The notes: a model not told the origin generated them from the letters alone. DNA of 63,117 nt, filler included, from Octopus bimaculoides (GCF_001194135.2; 3 parts of 3 records of this genome joined end to end with filler, not necessarily neighbours in it); one strand, 5' to 3'. Shown: positions 26,271 to 39,410, counted from the first letter of the whole stretch. Translations and numbers: made by a program.

Positions 26271-28168
26271 GTAATAATAATAATAAGGAATAGTAGGACT
26301 GTCTGTTAGCAAGTAACGTCAGCTTTTCAAGAGTTTTAAATAGATTCTGACAATGATATCTTTCGTTAGAGCAATGTTCAGGGTGGGAATCGGGTATTTG
26401 GTGGCGCTGGGAGGCAGGTAGATGTGCAGGTGTAGGAGGATAGGTGGCGGGTAGTTGAGTGCACGCGCGTGTCTGTGCGTCTATGTTTGTGTGTATGTTT
26501 ATGTATATATATATATGTGTGTGTGTATGTATGTATATCTGTATGTATATATGTCTGTGAGTCTGTCTGTATGTATGTGTGTTTGTGTACAGGTATGTAT
26601 GTAAGTGTGTGTGTTTGTTTGTTCATGTGCGTAATGATGTGTGATTTCATTGCGGTTTCTTACAGTGAGGTGCAAAGGTTGAGGCGCTGACGGACGGATT
26701 GTGAGTGGGTGTAATAAGTAAATGGCGTGGGGGATGCGGCAGGCGATGGGCGGTTGAATGCACATGACTCTGACTGTGTGCGTGTGTGCATGTGTGTATC
26801 TTATGTGCGTGTGTGCATGTGTGTATCTTGTATGTGTGTATCTTATGTGCGTGTGTGTATGTACTTGACGCTCTTTTGTTTCTTGCAATGGAAAGGGTGG
26901 GGAATTCAGCACCCGTATCTTTCATTTGTTGCAGTCACAAACCAACAAACCAACACCGGTTGTGAAGCGGTGATGGGCCAATAAACACATAGACCAACAC
27001 ATACGTTAATAAGAATATAGGGTGAATAGTGGAAGCTAAGGAAAGGGACGTATACTCAGCCATATGTGTGTGTGTTTCTGGGTGATTCTGGGTATATGCT
27101 TTGTAAAATACAAATTTATTATTCTTAAAGAAGAATATTATTGACTGTGACTTCGAAGTTTCGGGCATTTAAGGTATCATCGGACTCTCCAGTAGAAGAC
27201 AACATATGAGCGTTCAGTTTTTGCCGAACGATCTGCACAAATGTCTTGTTTATAGTGATCAAATGTTTGTGCCGCACATTAGCTCATCCCCTTCCAAAAA
27301 ACCAACGTTGCCTGACCAGGTGTACGATGTACCACACGTCAGGTGTCAAAGTGGCCCCAGAGCTACGTGAGGTGAAGTGTTTTGCTCAAGCACCCTACGC
27401 ACCACCGGGTCTAGGAATTGAAATCACTATCTTGCAATCGTGAGTGCAATACCCTAGCGTAGCTAGTGGGGTGGGGACGCATGGTCAGCGTAGCTAGTGG
27501 TGGGGTGGTAGAGGCGATCCGCCTTGGGTGACAGTTTTAAAGGTACACCACTTTTTTTTTGGGGGGGGGGTCTGTTGTAGGTAATATGTGTTTTTGTGGG
27601 GTCCTGGGACGGAAAACGGAAGGGCCTCCCCGAGTGGCACACACTTTAGCTACGCTAGTGCGTCTCCCTCATGTGTGTGTGTGTGTGTGCGTGCGTGTGT
27701 GTGTGTGTCTGTATTTGAGGAGTGCTGGCATTTGTCAATGTGTGAAACACTGATAAAAAGTACTTTTAGTGGTGAAAGACGAGGATATGTTTACGTGATG
27801 ATAGGTACGTATGCAAATACAGGCGTGCATGTGTAACTTTGTGCGTGTGCATGTGTATGTGTGTGAAAAGGAAGACAGAGAGAAAGGGAGAGGGAGAGAG
27901 TGAAAGCGCGACAAAGAGCATGTGCGTGTGTCGGGGAACAACGTGTGAGTGTGTGTATGTTTATGTGTGTGAAACTGACACTGTATGTATGAAATATTCG
28001 TTTACAGAAAACAACTTCAAGGCAACGGTGATATTCAATTGTTTGTGTTTATATATGAATGTGCGTGTATACACACACACACACACATACATACATATAT
28101 GTAATGTGCACAGACACACAAACGCTCATACTTACATACATACATGCATACATGCATACATACATACA

Positions 28169-28202
<34 letters not shown>

Positions 28203-29072
28203 TGCATGCATACATACATACATATATATATATATATANNNNNNNNNNNNNNNNNNNNNNNNNNNNNNNNNNNNNNNNNNNNNNNNNNNNNNNNNNNNNN
28301 NNNNNNNNNNNNNNNNNNNNNNNNNNNNNNNNNNNNNNNNNNNNNNNNNNNNNNNNNNNNNNNNNNNNNNNNNNNNNNNNNNNNNNNNNNNNNNNNNNNN
28401 NNNNNNNNNNNNNNNNNNNNNNNNNNNNNNNNNNNNNNNNNNNNNNNNNNNNNNNNNNNNNNNNNNNNNNNNNNNNNNNNNNNNNNNNNNNNNNNNNNNN
28501 NNNNNNNNNNNNNNNNNNNNNNNNNNNNNNNNNNNNNNNNNNNNNNNNNNNNNNNNNNNNNNNNNNNNNNNNNNNNNNNNNNNNNNNNNNNNNNNNNNNN
28601 NNNNNNNNNNNNNNNNNNNNNNNNNNNNNNNNNNNNNNNNNNNNNNNNNNNNNNNNNNNNNNNNNNNNNNNNNNNNNNNNNNNNNNNNNNNNNNNNNNNN
28701 NNNNNNNNNNNNNNNNNNNNNNNNNNNNNNNNNNNNNNNNNNNNNNNNNNNNNNNNNNNNNNNNNNNNNNNNNNNNNNNNNNNNNNNNNNNNNNNNNNNN
28801 NNNNNNNNNNNNNNNNNNNNNNGACTCTGAACAACAACCATCATCAATCTCAGCATGGATGGGTTTATAGGCTAAGAGACAACTGTTCGACTGTGGTTCA
28901 TACAGAGCTAAATATTACGAGAGCAGCTACAGTTCGTTCATTTACACAAATAACAACGTCTAAGACCTTACATCCTGCAGTCAACTATTTACAGAGCCTC
29001 TGTTATTTCGTAGCAGTTAGGTTTACGAAATCCACTGAAGAAAGAAAACTCCGAATGATCTGTCCGTTTTTT

Positions 29073-29159
29073 CTGGATGTTTTGTCCCCTTTTTGTATCA
29101 CCTAACTGTCTGGATGTTTTGTCCCCTTTTTGTATCACCTAACTGTCTGGATGTTTTGT
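29073..29159 (+). repeat. 37-bp tandem duplication (about 2.3 copies)
   Basis: CTGGATGTTTTGTCCCCTTTTTGTATCACCTAACTGT starts at 29073, 29110 and 29147. Confidence 0.9.
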
Positions 29160-29528
29160 ATTCTTGTCCCGCTCTGTATTATTTATATGTTGTTGGCACT
29201 CCGTCGCTTACGACGTCGTAGGTTCCAGTTAATCCGATCAACGGAATACCCTGCTCGTGAAATTAACGTGCAAGTGGCTGAGCACTCCACAGACTCGTGT
29301 ACCCTTAACGTAGTTCTCGGGGGATATTCAGCGTGACACAGAGTATGCCAAGGCTGACCCTTTGAATTACGGGCACAACAGAAACAGGAAGAAAGAGTGA
29401 GAGAAAGTTGTGGTGAAAGAGTACAGAAGGGTTCGCCACCATCCCCTGCCGGAGCCTCGTGAAGCTTTAGGTGTTTTCGCTCAATAAACACTCACAATGC
29501 CCGGTCTGGGAATCAAAACCGCGATCCT

Positions 29529-29628
29529 NNNNNNNNNNNNNNNNNNNNNNNNNNNNNNNNNNNNNNNNNNNNTTAATTAATTAANNNNNNNNNNNNNNNN
29601 NNNNNNNNNNNNNNNNNNNNNNNNNNNN
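29529..29628. other. Artificial scaffold join: 44 N + TTAATTAATTAA + 44 N
   Basis: Exactly 100 bp with a palindromic six-frame-stop linker at 29573-29584. Confidence 0.95.
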
Positions 29629-31010
29629 CTTATCAGGTGGTAGTAAAAACACAATAAAATAACATTTTAAGGTTACTTTATTAAGTCATATTTAGTTGGG
29701 TTCATTATAGAAACGATCTGCTCATTTATAGCTAGCCTGGAGCCTAATGAAAATCGTAGTTTCATCATTGAACGCTCATGATCCATTGCCGACATGGATT
29801 GGACGGTTTCACAGGATCCAGCGTTTCCTAACACTAAGCAATTTACAACGCGTACCAGGTGCTTTCTTTTTTTTTTTTTTTTTTCGTGCTACTGGCCCTA
29901 GCGAGGTTGCCATGCAACTTGAATGGTCAGCCCTGAATGGGCAATATCTCGCTTTAATTATGTGCGTGCCCACGGCGACAGAGACCGATTCCAAGAAGAT
30001 TCGACCACCCAAGAGGAAAGACTCAGCAATGAAGTGGTTAGGTGACTAGTCTGGAGGAAGAGACTCCAAATATGAGGACGAGGTGACCGTGGCTCAATAC
30101 GATAGTAAAGACAGATCTCTTATCAAAAACGTTCCAGCCACGACCATCTTGTAATTTTTTCTTCTTCTTCTTTAATGTATCAAAGATTACATTATCCACT
30201 GTGTTCTATAATCATAGACTTGTGATATGCATGGATTAAGCTGCTATTTTCTTAGGAAATAGATAATTCTAAGTTTGGTCGATGTTGTTTAGCTCTAGGT
30301 CAACCCCAGTCCAGTAAATCAATGATCAAGAGAATGCCAACCGTGACCCTCTCGTCTTTTCACTATCAACTGATGATTCAAGGATAGCAATATATGACGT
30401 TATTTTCTAAAATGATGGAGTGTGCTTTGAGGGTGATTTGACTACTATTTCTACCATGTAGAACAACCACTTAACTAGAGGTTCTTAGTAAAAGTATTAT
30501 GCCGGCAGTAGATAAAAGTATTATGGCAATCTATTTCATTTCCGCAATACAAAAAACAGGTGGCCGTTTATTTAGTCATTTACTGTTTTCACATCTTTCC
30601 CCATAAATATTAATTTTGAATGTTTTAGCATGAAATAGAATCTGCAAGAACACGAGATGAGCGGTGAAACGTTTTCTTCTTTTAAAAATAATTTCATAAC
30701 CGAAAACTTTTTTTTTTAATCTACATGTTTTATAAACAAGTGTAAAACAATTCGCTCTACTTTTTAGAAATGACACTTGTTAGGAGGTTGTTTTTTTTTT
30801 AAATATTGAATGTCTAAAAAAATTACGATGAAAAAGTTCTCTATCTTTTTAAGACATGAAATATTTCTGCTTTTGAGAAAGATAAAAACTAAAACTTCCG
30901 TGGAAAAGCACGTGTGTTACCGGCTTAGCCGGTTTAACCCTGCTTAACCGACAATTTAAGAAGAGGAGACAAAGAAAAGAATAACTTAATATGGACGAAA
31001 AACAACTTAC

Positions 31011-31094
31011 AGAATGACGGATTCCCAGCTCAGCCAAAACCCTCCGATTGTCGGCGAGATTTTTCAGACGAAGTTTTTCGTATTCACTGCACAT
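31011..31094 (-). CDS. First coding exon, MCSEYEKLRLKNLADNRRVLAELGIRHS; N-terminal motif of CDCA7-like or WDR76/Cmr1-like chromatin proteins
   Basis: ATG at 31094 preceded by aaaa, 28 codons, ending at a consensus donor TCT|GTAAGT (phase 0). The S-E-Y-E-x2-R-x2-N-x3-N-x3-L-x2-L-G pattern is the helical N-terminal motif shared by CDCA7/CDCA7L and WDR76/Cmr1. I found no downstream exons, so the family is unresolved. Confidence 0.7.
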
Positions 31095-31249
31095 TTTTCT
31101 TTTTTAGAAAAGAGACTAAAACCGATTCAATCTTTAACAGAAAAATATATCAGAGGAATCTGATGAATTTCAATTAAAAGTGTCTTCTTTTCGACTCCGT
31201 CAGAGAATTGTGTGGCTGTAAATACAGATACACGTTCTGTGTGGGTTCC

Positions 31250-31410
31250 AGTCTCCCGCGAAATTTATGTCACGTGCTGCCATATCGGAATGTTGATTGG
31301 TAGTTTGTATTATCTAGGCGTAACGGCGGGAAAACAACTGCTTCTATAACTCCACCTATATTTAAATGTCACAGTGACAATTTTGAAATTGCTTCAGTTT
31401 GAAATGATTA
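31250..31410. promoter_or_regulatory. Putative bidirectional cell-cycle-type promoter
   Basis: Between two divergent genes: E2F-like TTTCGCGGG (minus, 31255-31263), E-box CACGTG (31271-31276), CCAAT (minus, 31296-31300), E2F-like TTTCCCGCC (minus, 31325-31333) and CHR-like TTTGAA twice (about 31382 and 31398). CpGs are locally retained. Confidence 0.5.
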
Positions 31411-32238
31411 CAGATATTCTTTCCTATAAATCACTGAATTAGATCGATTCTCAATATATTTTTTCGTTTACTCTCTATTTCCTATTTACTTGTAAGCATC
31501 TGTTTTATTAGTGCGCGACTATATCAGTTTGGAGAGAATATGCATGAGATCTTGTTGAAACCGTACGTTTTTAACCTGGACACCTGGAATAAAACGAAAT
31601 CGTCGCAAATAAAATATTGACAAAATGAAGTTAGAAGAATAAATTTAAAACATAAAATAAATTCTTATTTATCGGCAGATTTCGATTCCAGTTGTAGATC
31701 TTTGTATAGACATAAAGCATTTGTACAGCTTTAGTCTTTTTGGCCGCTCGTCTTGTAAAATTGTACAATTAATTCTACAGAAGAAATCTGTAATTGTCTC
31801 AGATATTACACATTATTTGTTGGTTGAAAATAAATCAGTAAAATATATTACTAATATTTATATTTAAAAGAAAAGGTGACGTTTACATATCCGAAAGTAG
31901 CGTCATGTCATTTTTGTTAAGTATTTCCGGAAGTTTTTTTTTATATTTAAGCCAAGCTATTTTGTTTTTGTTGCTTTATCGCTTAATTTCCTTTCAATGT
32001 TGTTCAGTATGTGACATAACTTTGTGTTTTTGTATGAGAAATCAAACAATTTGAAAACAGATGACTTCAACAAGATGAGCGAACACACACACCATCATCA
32101 TCATCATCATTTGAAATGCTTTTACGGTGACATGTTTCTAGTGCTGTTTGAAATGTCAAGCCTAGCGTCGTCTACCAACCACTCAGTTGCTAATGAACCT
32201 ACTCCACCTCTGATAATACACACACACATATAAGCACC

Positions 32239-32280
<42 letters not shown>

Positions 32281-32305
32281 ATGTGCGTGCGTGTGTATAT
32301 ATATA

Positions 32306-32338
<33 letters not shown>

Positions 32339-33306
32339 GTGTGTATATATATGTATATNNNNNNNNNNNNNNNNNNNNNNNNNNNNNNNNNNNNNNNNNN
32401 NNNNNNNNNNNNNNNNNNNNNNNNNNNNNNNNNNNNNNNNNNNNNNNNNNNNNNNNNNNNNNNNNNNNNNNNNNNNNNNNNNNNNNNNNNNNNNNNNNNN
32501 NNNNNNNNNNNNNNNNNNNNNNNNNNNNNNNNNNNNNNNNNNNNNNNNNNNNNNNNNNNNNNNNNNNNNNNNNNNNNNNNNNNNNNNNNNNNNNNNNNNN
32601 NNNNNNNNNNNNNNNNNNNNNNNNNNNNNNNNNNNNNNNNNNNNNTATATATATATATATATAGGGAAAAGAACCAAGGTTGTTAATATGTGTGTGTGTG
32701 TCGGTCTGGCCGTATTTATATCTCCTCGTCCGGACATGGGGCACTAATTGCAAAATAAAGGCTGCTGTCATACAAGCAGAGTTGTTCTGACTGCAATCTT
32801 CTGTGTAAACAGGTTCTGGTTATTGTGGTATTTATGTTCAAAATAAGCACAAGGGTTGATTTGTTCAATTACAATTCTTCAAGGCGGTGCTCCAGCTTGG
32901 TCACTGTCAAATGACTGAAACAAGTATAAAAGATAAAAAGATGCTCTCACATACACACACACGCACATGAACATCTGGAGCTGGTTGGTTTCATTTTCCC
33001 TCCACCCAGATCCCCCCTCTACCCCACTCATCTCTCTCTACCTCTTGATATTCACACCCTTACACAAATCACATTGCTAATTCCTTCTTCCCCAGAACCT
33101 TTTTTTTTTTGCTCTGGAATCTTCTCCAATTCTTGGTGGTTGACTGTTGGTGGAGGTGTTAATTTAAATCTTTTCACCTAAAGTTCGAGTTAATCATTGT
33201 CAAAATTCCTTTTTAATAAATTAATTATTTTAGGATATTTCCATTTAATTGTTTTACAAATGTTTCCTCTTGTTTTTTTTCCTTTTTTTTTTTCTTCTTT
33301 TTCTAG

Positions 33307-33353
33307 TGTTTGTTATCCTGACATTAAAAACAAAAAGACTCTTCTTAGAAATC
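33307..33353 (+). CDS. Candidate 47-nt internal exon (VCYPDIKNKKTLLRN) of the plus-strand gene
   Basis: Strong poly-pyrimidine acceptor (ttcttttttctAG, 33305-33306) and donor C|GTAAGC (33354). It is followed by an 86-nt intron ending aaatttcAG at 33439, which continues in frame as HTRSLH. No homology recognised. Confidence 0.35.
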
Positions 33354-34270
33354 GTAAGCAAAGACGTTTCCAGTGAAGGACACCTACAACTGTATCATGC
33401 TTCCATTTCAATTTTTATATATTTTTGTATAAATTTCAGACACTCGTTCACTCCACGTGCAACTATCTCATTCCATGTTATTACAGCATCTGCACTTTCT
33501 GATGGTGTTCTCTATGGCAATTGTGCTTTTGTGTCTTATCCAAAGGACTTGATCTTATGCTGCTGCTATCATCATCATCATCATCATCATTTCTTATACT
33601 ATGACTGGATTATACTACTAAATGTAGATTAACATACGAATCAATATTATTGAAATACACTCATACCCAAGATACACTGGATATATTTATGTCTTTATTG
33701 CCCACAGGGGGCTAAACATAGAGGGGACACACAAGGACAGACAAAGGGATTAAGTCAATTACATTGACCCCAGTGTATAACTGGTACTTATTTAATCGAT
33801 CCCGAAAGGATGAAAGGCAAAGTCGACCTCGGTGGAATTTGAACTCAGAATGTAACAGCAGATGAAATACTGCTAAGCATTTCGCCCAGTGTGCTAACGA
33901 TTCTGCCAGCTCGCTGTCTTACACTGGATATATCAAAGAAGAATGAAGTGCATTTGAACTACAGCTTTATTTTAAAACGAATCCAGCTGTAGAAACTCTG
34001 CCAAATCAGATTGGAGCCTGGTGTAGCCATCTGGTTCACCAGTCCTCAATCAAATCGTCCAACCCATGCTAGCATGGAAAGTGGATGTTAAATGATGATG
34101 ATGATGATGATGATGATGATACATTCAGTGATGTAGGAGTTTTGTGTTTGCTTGTGAGGGGAGCAAGTGAGATTAGCTCAATGGAATTAGTATGGGAATA
34201 AATATATTTTAAAAAGATATCTTAGTAATAATTGTTTTCTCTAATGTCTTTCTCATGGCTATTGTTTCAG

Positions 34271-35608
34271 GCTAATCACTCTGAATTGGTAGAAAACAAC
34301 TTATTGACACCAACAAAAATAAGACGAACAGATGGAAACACTTATAACATTCAAGGCACCTTGGCCCTGGCACATCATCATCCTGTGAACCAATCTAAAA
34401 CAGCTTCTCAACTCTGGACAGGGGATAACAAACAAAACCATTCTCAAATCCATTCTGTAGTACCAGTGTCCCGAACAAACACAGCCCTGTTGGCTTCTGT
34501 TTTACCGAACAAAGACAAACCCCAAATGAGGATCCAGGATGAACGTATTAAAAATCAAACAATTTTCCATAACCGACACCAGTCGAACATGTCATTCCAA
34601 CAAAGGAAAAAACTGCAGCAGCTACAAAAAGTAGACAATTCTCTTGCAAGTTTGTTGCCGAGGTCTTTACATGCTGCAGAAAGTTTATCTTTCAAAAACC
34701 TACAGTCTTTGGGTCTAAATGCCAGCCCAGATGGTCATCTCAGTAAAAGGTGTGTAAATCCTTCTGAGCGCCAGACTTCTAAAAATAGTTGTGCAGATAC
34801 AGTGAAGCAATCTAGTCTGGCAAATTGTCCAGAAACCGATTCCAGATTACAAATAGACTACATGAAACTGTTTGAAGAAGCTTCAAAATTGCCACAAATG
34901 GGTTGTGATGTCTTTGTTCTTGTATCATATCCTGGCTGTAAACCAGCTTACTGGGGCACCAAGAAATATGTACAGAAATTTGAAAATTCTGAGTGTTTGC
35001 AGCCTTATGTTGCTTCAAATTGTCTTTCTGTAAAGTTAAAAGACTCTTCTTTGTCTCCTAAAAACTTGAATTATTCTGAATCAGAAACGGACAATAAACT
35101 TGGTAAACTAAGAATTTCAAACTCAGCAAATAATAATAAAAGTGTAGTGACTCTGAAGAAGGAACCAATGGAGGATGATTCTCCAGACAATAATAACAGA
35201 ATCCCAGAAGTCACAATAAAAAACGAAATCCTTGAAGATGTAATTATTAGAGACTCTACTGGACTTGCTAATGGTAACCGTGACTTAACAGAAACCACAA
35301 GGAACTCCGTAAATGGAAGTAATAATTCCAGAGGGCAGTGTTTACAAAAAGACAATACATTTAAAAATTCTTTGCAAAGAACTATAGAAGAACAGTACAA
35401 ATCAATGTACAGAACACAAGAGAACTCAATGTCTTTTGACCAAATCATACCTCAGACTAGCAGAAAGAAAGACAAGAGATCTATTGCTGATGAGATGACA
35501 TGTCATAATAAAGATACAAAAAATATTGGGGGGAATTCAAATGGGATGTTACCAACTCCAGTTTATGTCAAAATAGAATCTTTGGCTGATGATCTTGAAA
35601 ACAGATAA
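34271..35608 (+). CDS. Large terminal coding exon (445 aa + stop) of an uncharacterised protein with an internal MADS-box-like segment
   Basis: 1.34 kb stop-free frame in AT-rich DNA, with the acceptor ctattgtttcAG|GCT at 34269-34270 in phase 0 with the ORF. Composition is protein-like (S/N/K-rich disordered flanks around a hydrophobic core MKLFEEASKLPQMGCDVFVLVSYPGCKPAYWGTKKYVQKF). It ends with TAA at 35606-35608. Confidence 0.8.
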   Translation, partial: ANHSELVENNLLTPTKIRRTDGNTYNIQGTLALAHHHPVNQSKTASQLWTGDNKQNHSQIHSVVPVSRTNTALLASVLPNKDKPQMRIQDERIKNQTIFHNRHQSNMSFQQRKKLQQLQKVDNSLASLLPRSLHAAESLSFKNLQSLGLNASPDGHLSKRCVNPSERQTSKNSCADTVKQSSLANCPETDSRLQIDYMKLFEEASKLPQMGCDVFVLVSYPGCKPAYWGTKKYVQKFENSECLQPYVASNCLSVKLKDSSLSPKNLNYSESETDNKLGKLRISNSANNNKSVVTLKKEPMEDDSPDNNNRIPEVTIKNEILEDVIIRDSTGLANGNRDLTETTRNSVNGSNNSRGQCLQKDNTFKNSLQRTIEEQYKSMYRTQENSMSFDQIIPQTSRKKDKRSIADEMTCHNKDTKNIGGNSNGMLPTPVYVKIESLADDLENR

Positions 35609-36514
35609 TAACTTTATGGCAGTGTGATAAACTGTCTCTAGTTTATCATATTGGTGAGGTGGAGAGGGGTTTTTAAATGTACTAATTTCAATTATTTCCC
35701 TTTGTAAAGACAGATCGTGTAATATCTGTGAAGCACATATTAAATACTTTTACAAATAGCAAGTTAGTGTTAACGTTTTTAATGCAGGAAGCATTCGAAA
35801 GTTAATTAGAAATAATCCTGTGGTGAAAGGGAAACTAGTACGAATCACTAATAATATTTGAATTAGCTTGGTAAGTACAGGGAGGCAACTCTGCACAGAT
35901 TTGGTTTTTATAACATCACCAGCGAAACAATTTTTACCATAATTATTTCAAGTTAACTTTTAATATTTCCTCTATTAAATATGTTAACACCAACTTAACT
36001 ATTGTTTCTCATATGAATGACGTCTCTGAGTTATTTATTCTTGTTGACTTTGATTGTGATTTTCAATTTTTTAATGAATTTTTGAACCAACGAGTACATT
36101 TTAATGGTCGCGATTTCGTTTGCCTCTCAATACTCCTGGAAGACACAAATGTGGATGGTCACGTGGTTTTGTGTTTACAGTTGAAAATAACGATGCTTGC
36201 ACTAATTAGTGAGCCATACACACAAAACTATACACTGCTCACTTTAGTGTCTTCCAGGGGTAATGGTAAACAATCGTACCCACTAAAGCACACGCACAGA
36301 TTCAGAAGATTAAACCATTCTTAAAATTGTTATATGTGTAATATTGTTAGTGAAGTGCCAAACAATTTGAGCATCGATAACAAATTTGAATCTCCATTAA
36401 AATGTCTTAGATATTGTTGTTGATTAGATTATAAACTTTCCACTTCACCCTCAGAGATAATCATATTTTTGATATTTATATCTTTACATTATACATTGAC
36501 TGGTTTCATCTCTG

Positions 36515-36563
<49 letters not shown>

Positions 36564-38212
36564 GTGCTTGTTGTATGCACTGTTCAGGTGTTCTACAACT
36601 CATTAGAAAAGGTTAAAAGAGAGAACAGAAAGCAGACATAAATAAAGAAAGACAGCAATGAAAGCAAGCTAGAAATACCTGCACAGTACACAGAACAGGG
36701 AACATTAAAAGATTCATTAAGAGGAAAGGGTGCTTAAGTGTGTCAGGAATAAAGTTGGTGAATTTCAGGAAGCATGGAATCTTTGAAGGATTCAGTGTCC
36801 TGACAACTAACAACTGATGTGTGTAGTTTGTTCTATGGTTTGTTAATTCTGAGTATGTTAAAAATGTCTCTGAAAGTCATGGGTGTTGAGCTGTTTTTTG
36901 TTAATTTTATAAACTGGTGCAAAAGTGTTAGAGCTGTTGAATTCAAAATGGTGGCCAAAGCTGTTATTGGAAAGATGGTGGATAATCTTGTGTGCTTCTC
37001 CCAAGTCAGTTGCTAGATGCTGAGACTTTAGTGTATTGATGCCTAGAGAAGGAATATGTTCAAGACACAGTCATCACCAAGTATATATCACAATTCCTGT
37101 TTGTGTAGATTGTACCAGCCTGGAATTGAACTATGAAATTTTTAAATTTAATTTATCACCAAAAATCTTTTTTTTATACAACTTTATCTGATACTAAATA
37201 TATAAATAAAAAAAATTTATTACAGTATTTGAAAGACATTCCAGTCTTGATGACTAACTAAAGGTATCTCAGAAAAATACAGGTGTTGCAGAAATATGAT
37301 GGATTATCCTTCTAGTCCTAAAAAATGGACCATGGGCACTAATGGGTTAAGAGTGATGTAAATAATTTTCAAAAGTTTTCATCTCAAAGATGAGGTTAAT
37401 TGTCTGAAACAGATTTGAGCTAATATAAAGGAATAATATAGAAGCTATACTCTAAGAAGTTTTATGTATTCTAAGATCATACCTTTGCTTTTATGGTATA
37501 AAATGATTCATCTTATATATCATCATCATCATCATCATTTTACTTTCATTTTACCATATATGTAATGATTGGTCAGGCCTTCTCTAAAACATCTGGTTAT
37601 CTCCTTTATAAGTTTTTTTATCTTACAATCAGTTTTCTTCTTTACCCGACAGTCCACATACATCCATGTACATCACACAGCCACATCAATTAGCGTCTTC
37701 TCTCTTCTTTATTCACATTAATATTACACATTAAGGGGAAACATTCTCACCTCATTTCTTTCTAACTTTCTCCTGTTTTTCCATCCAAATCCTCCTTCAT
37801 CATGCAACCTACCTTTCACTAAAACAGTAAATGTCTTTGTTACCTGCTGAGGTAATAACTCCTGGAACTTAGTCCGCTCTGATTTTTAATTTGGTTACTA
37901 TTGCTAGCTGAAATACTCACCTTCGAATGTTGATTAGGAAACATCAACTGTTAACTACTTCTAGCAAACTTTGTGGGCAAATTCATTTCATAGGGGCTTT
38001 TTATTGCTAAATACTCCTGTGCATCTTTTACATACAAAGTCAGTTTCAGCTAGCCTGAGGTCCAACTCTGTTGTGCACCCATAACTTATTCTTTGTAAGC
38101 CTAGTACTTATTCTATTGGTCTCTTTTGCCAAACCACTAAGTTAAGGGGATGTAAACACACCATTGGTTGTCAAGCGATGGTGGGGGAACAAACAGGCAC
38201 ACACACAGGCAC

Positions 38213-38245
<33 letters not shown>

Positions 38246-39410
38246 GCACTCCGTCGCTTACAACGTCGAGGGTTCCAGATCAACGGAACAGCCTGCTCGT
38301 GAAATTAACGTGCAAGTGGCTGAGCATTCCACATATATAATGGGCTTCTTTCAGTTTCCGTCTACCAAATCCACTCATAAGGCTTTAGTCGGCCCAAGGC
38401 TATAGTAGAGACACTTGCCCAAGGTGCCACACAGCGGGACTGAACCTGGAGCCATGTGGCTGGTAAGCAAGCTACTTACCACACAGCCACTCCTGTGCTT
38501 ATATCTGTCTACCAAATTCACTTACTAGCTTTGATCAACCTAGGGCTACAGAAGTTACTTGTTAAAAGTGCCATGCTGTGGCATTGAACCCAGAACTATG
38601 TAGTTGGGAAGTAAGCATCTTACCACACAGCCTCGACTTTTTTCAATGCTATTAAGGTGGCGAGCTGGCAGAATCATTAGCACATATTTCATTTGTCTTT
38701 ACATTCTGAGTTCAAGTACCGCCAAGGTCGACTTCGCCTTTCATCCTTTCAGGGGTCGATAAATTAAGTACCAGTTGCATACTGGGGGTTGACCTAATTG
38801 ACTGGCCCCCTCTCCCCGCAAAATTCAGGCCTTGTGCCTAGAGCAGAAAAGAATGTTTAAATGCTGTTATTTATAGCTTTATGTGTGTGCTTCGAGAACC
38901 ACTATTCCAAAAACAGAATTATTTAACCTTCTTTCAAAAGTTTATAAAATTCTTATGACATCAATGTTATATAAATCTTTTACTTGTTTCACTCATTAGA
39001 CTCTGGCCATGCNNNNNNNNNNNNNNNNNNNNNNNNNNNNNNNNNNNNNNNNNNNNNNNNNNNNNNNNNNNNNNNNNNNNNNNNNNNNNNNNNNNNNNNN
39101 NNNNNNNNNNNNNNNNNNNNNNNNNNNNNNNNNNNNNNNNNNNNNNNNNNNNNNNNNNNNNNNNNNNNNNNNNNNNNNNNNNNNNNNNNNNNNNNNNNNN
39201 NNNNNNNNNNNNNNNNNNNNNNNNNNNNNNNNNNNNNNNNNNNNNNNNNNNNNNNNNNNNNNNNNNNNNNNNNNNNNNNNNNNNNNNNNNNNNNNNNNNN
39301 NNNNNNNNNNNNNNNNNNNNNNNNNNNNNNNNNNNNNNNNNNNNNNNNNNNNNNNNNNNNNNNNNNNNNNNNNNNNNNNNNNNNNNNNNNNNNNNNNNNN
39401 NNNNNNNNNN

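Noticed and set aside
30880-30945. VKPAKPVT segment as exon 2 of the 31-kb gene
   Set aside because: The available AG acceptors give an immediate stop in phase 0; it contains only a short palindrome (CCGGCTTAGCCGG).
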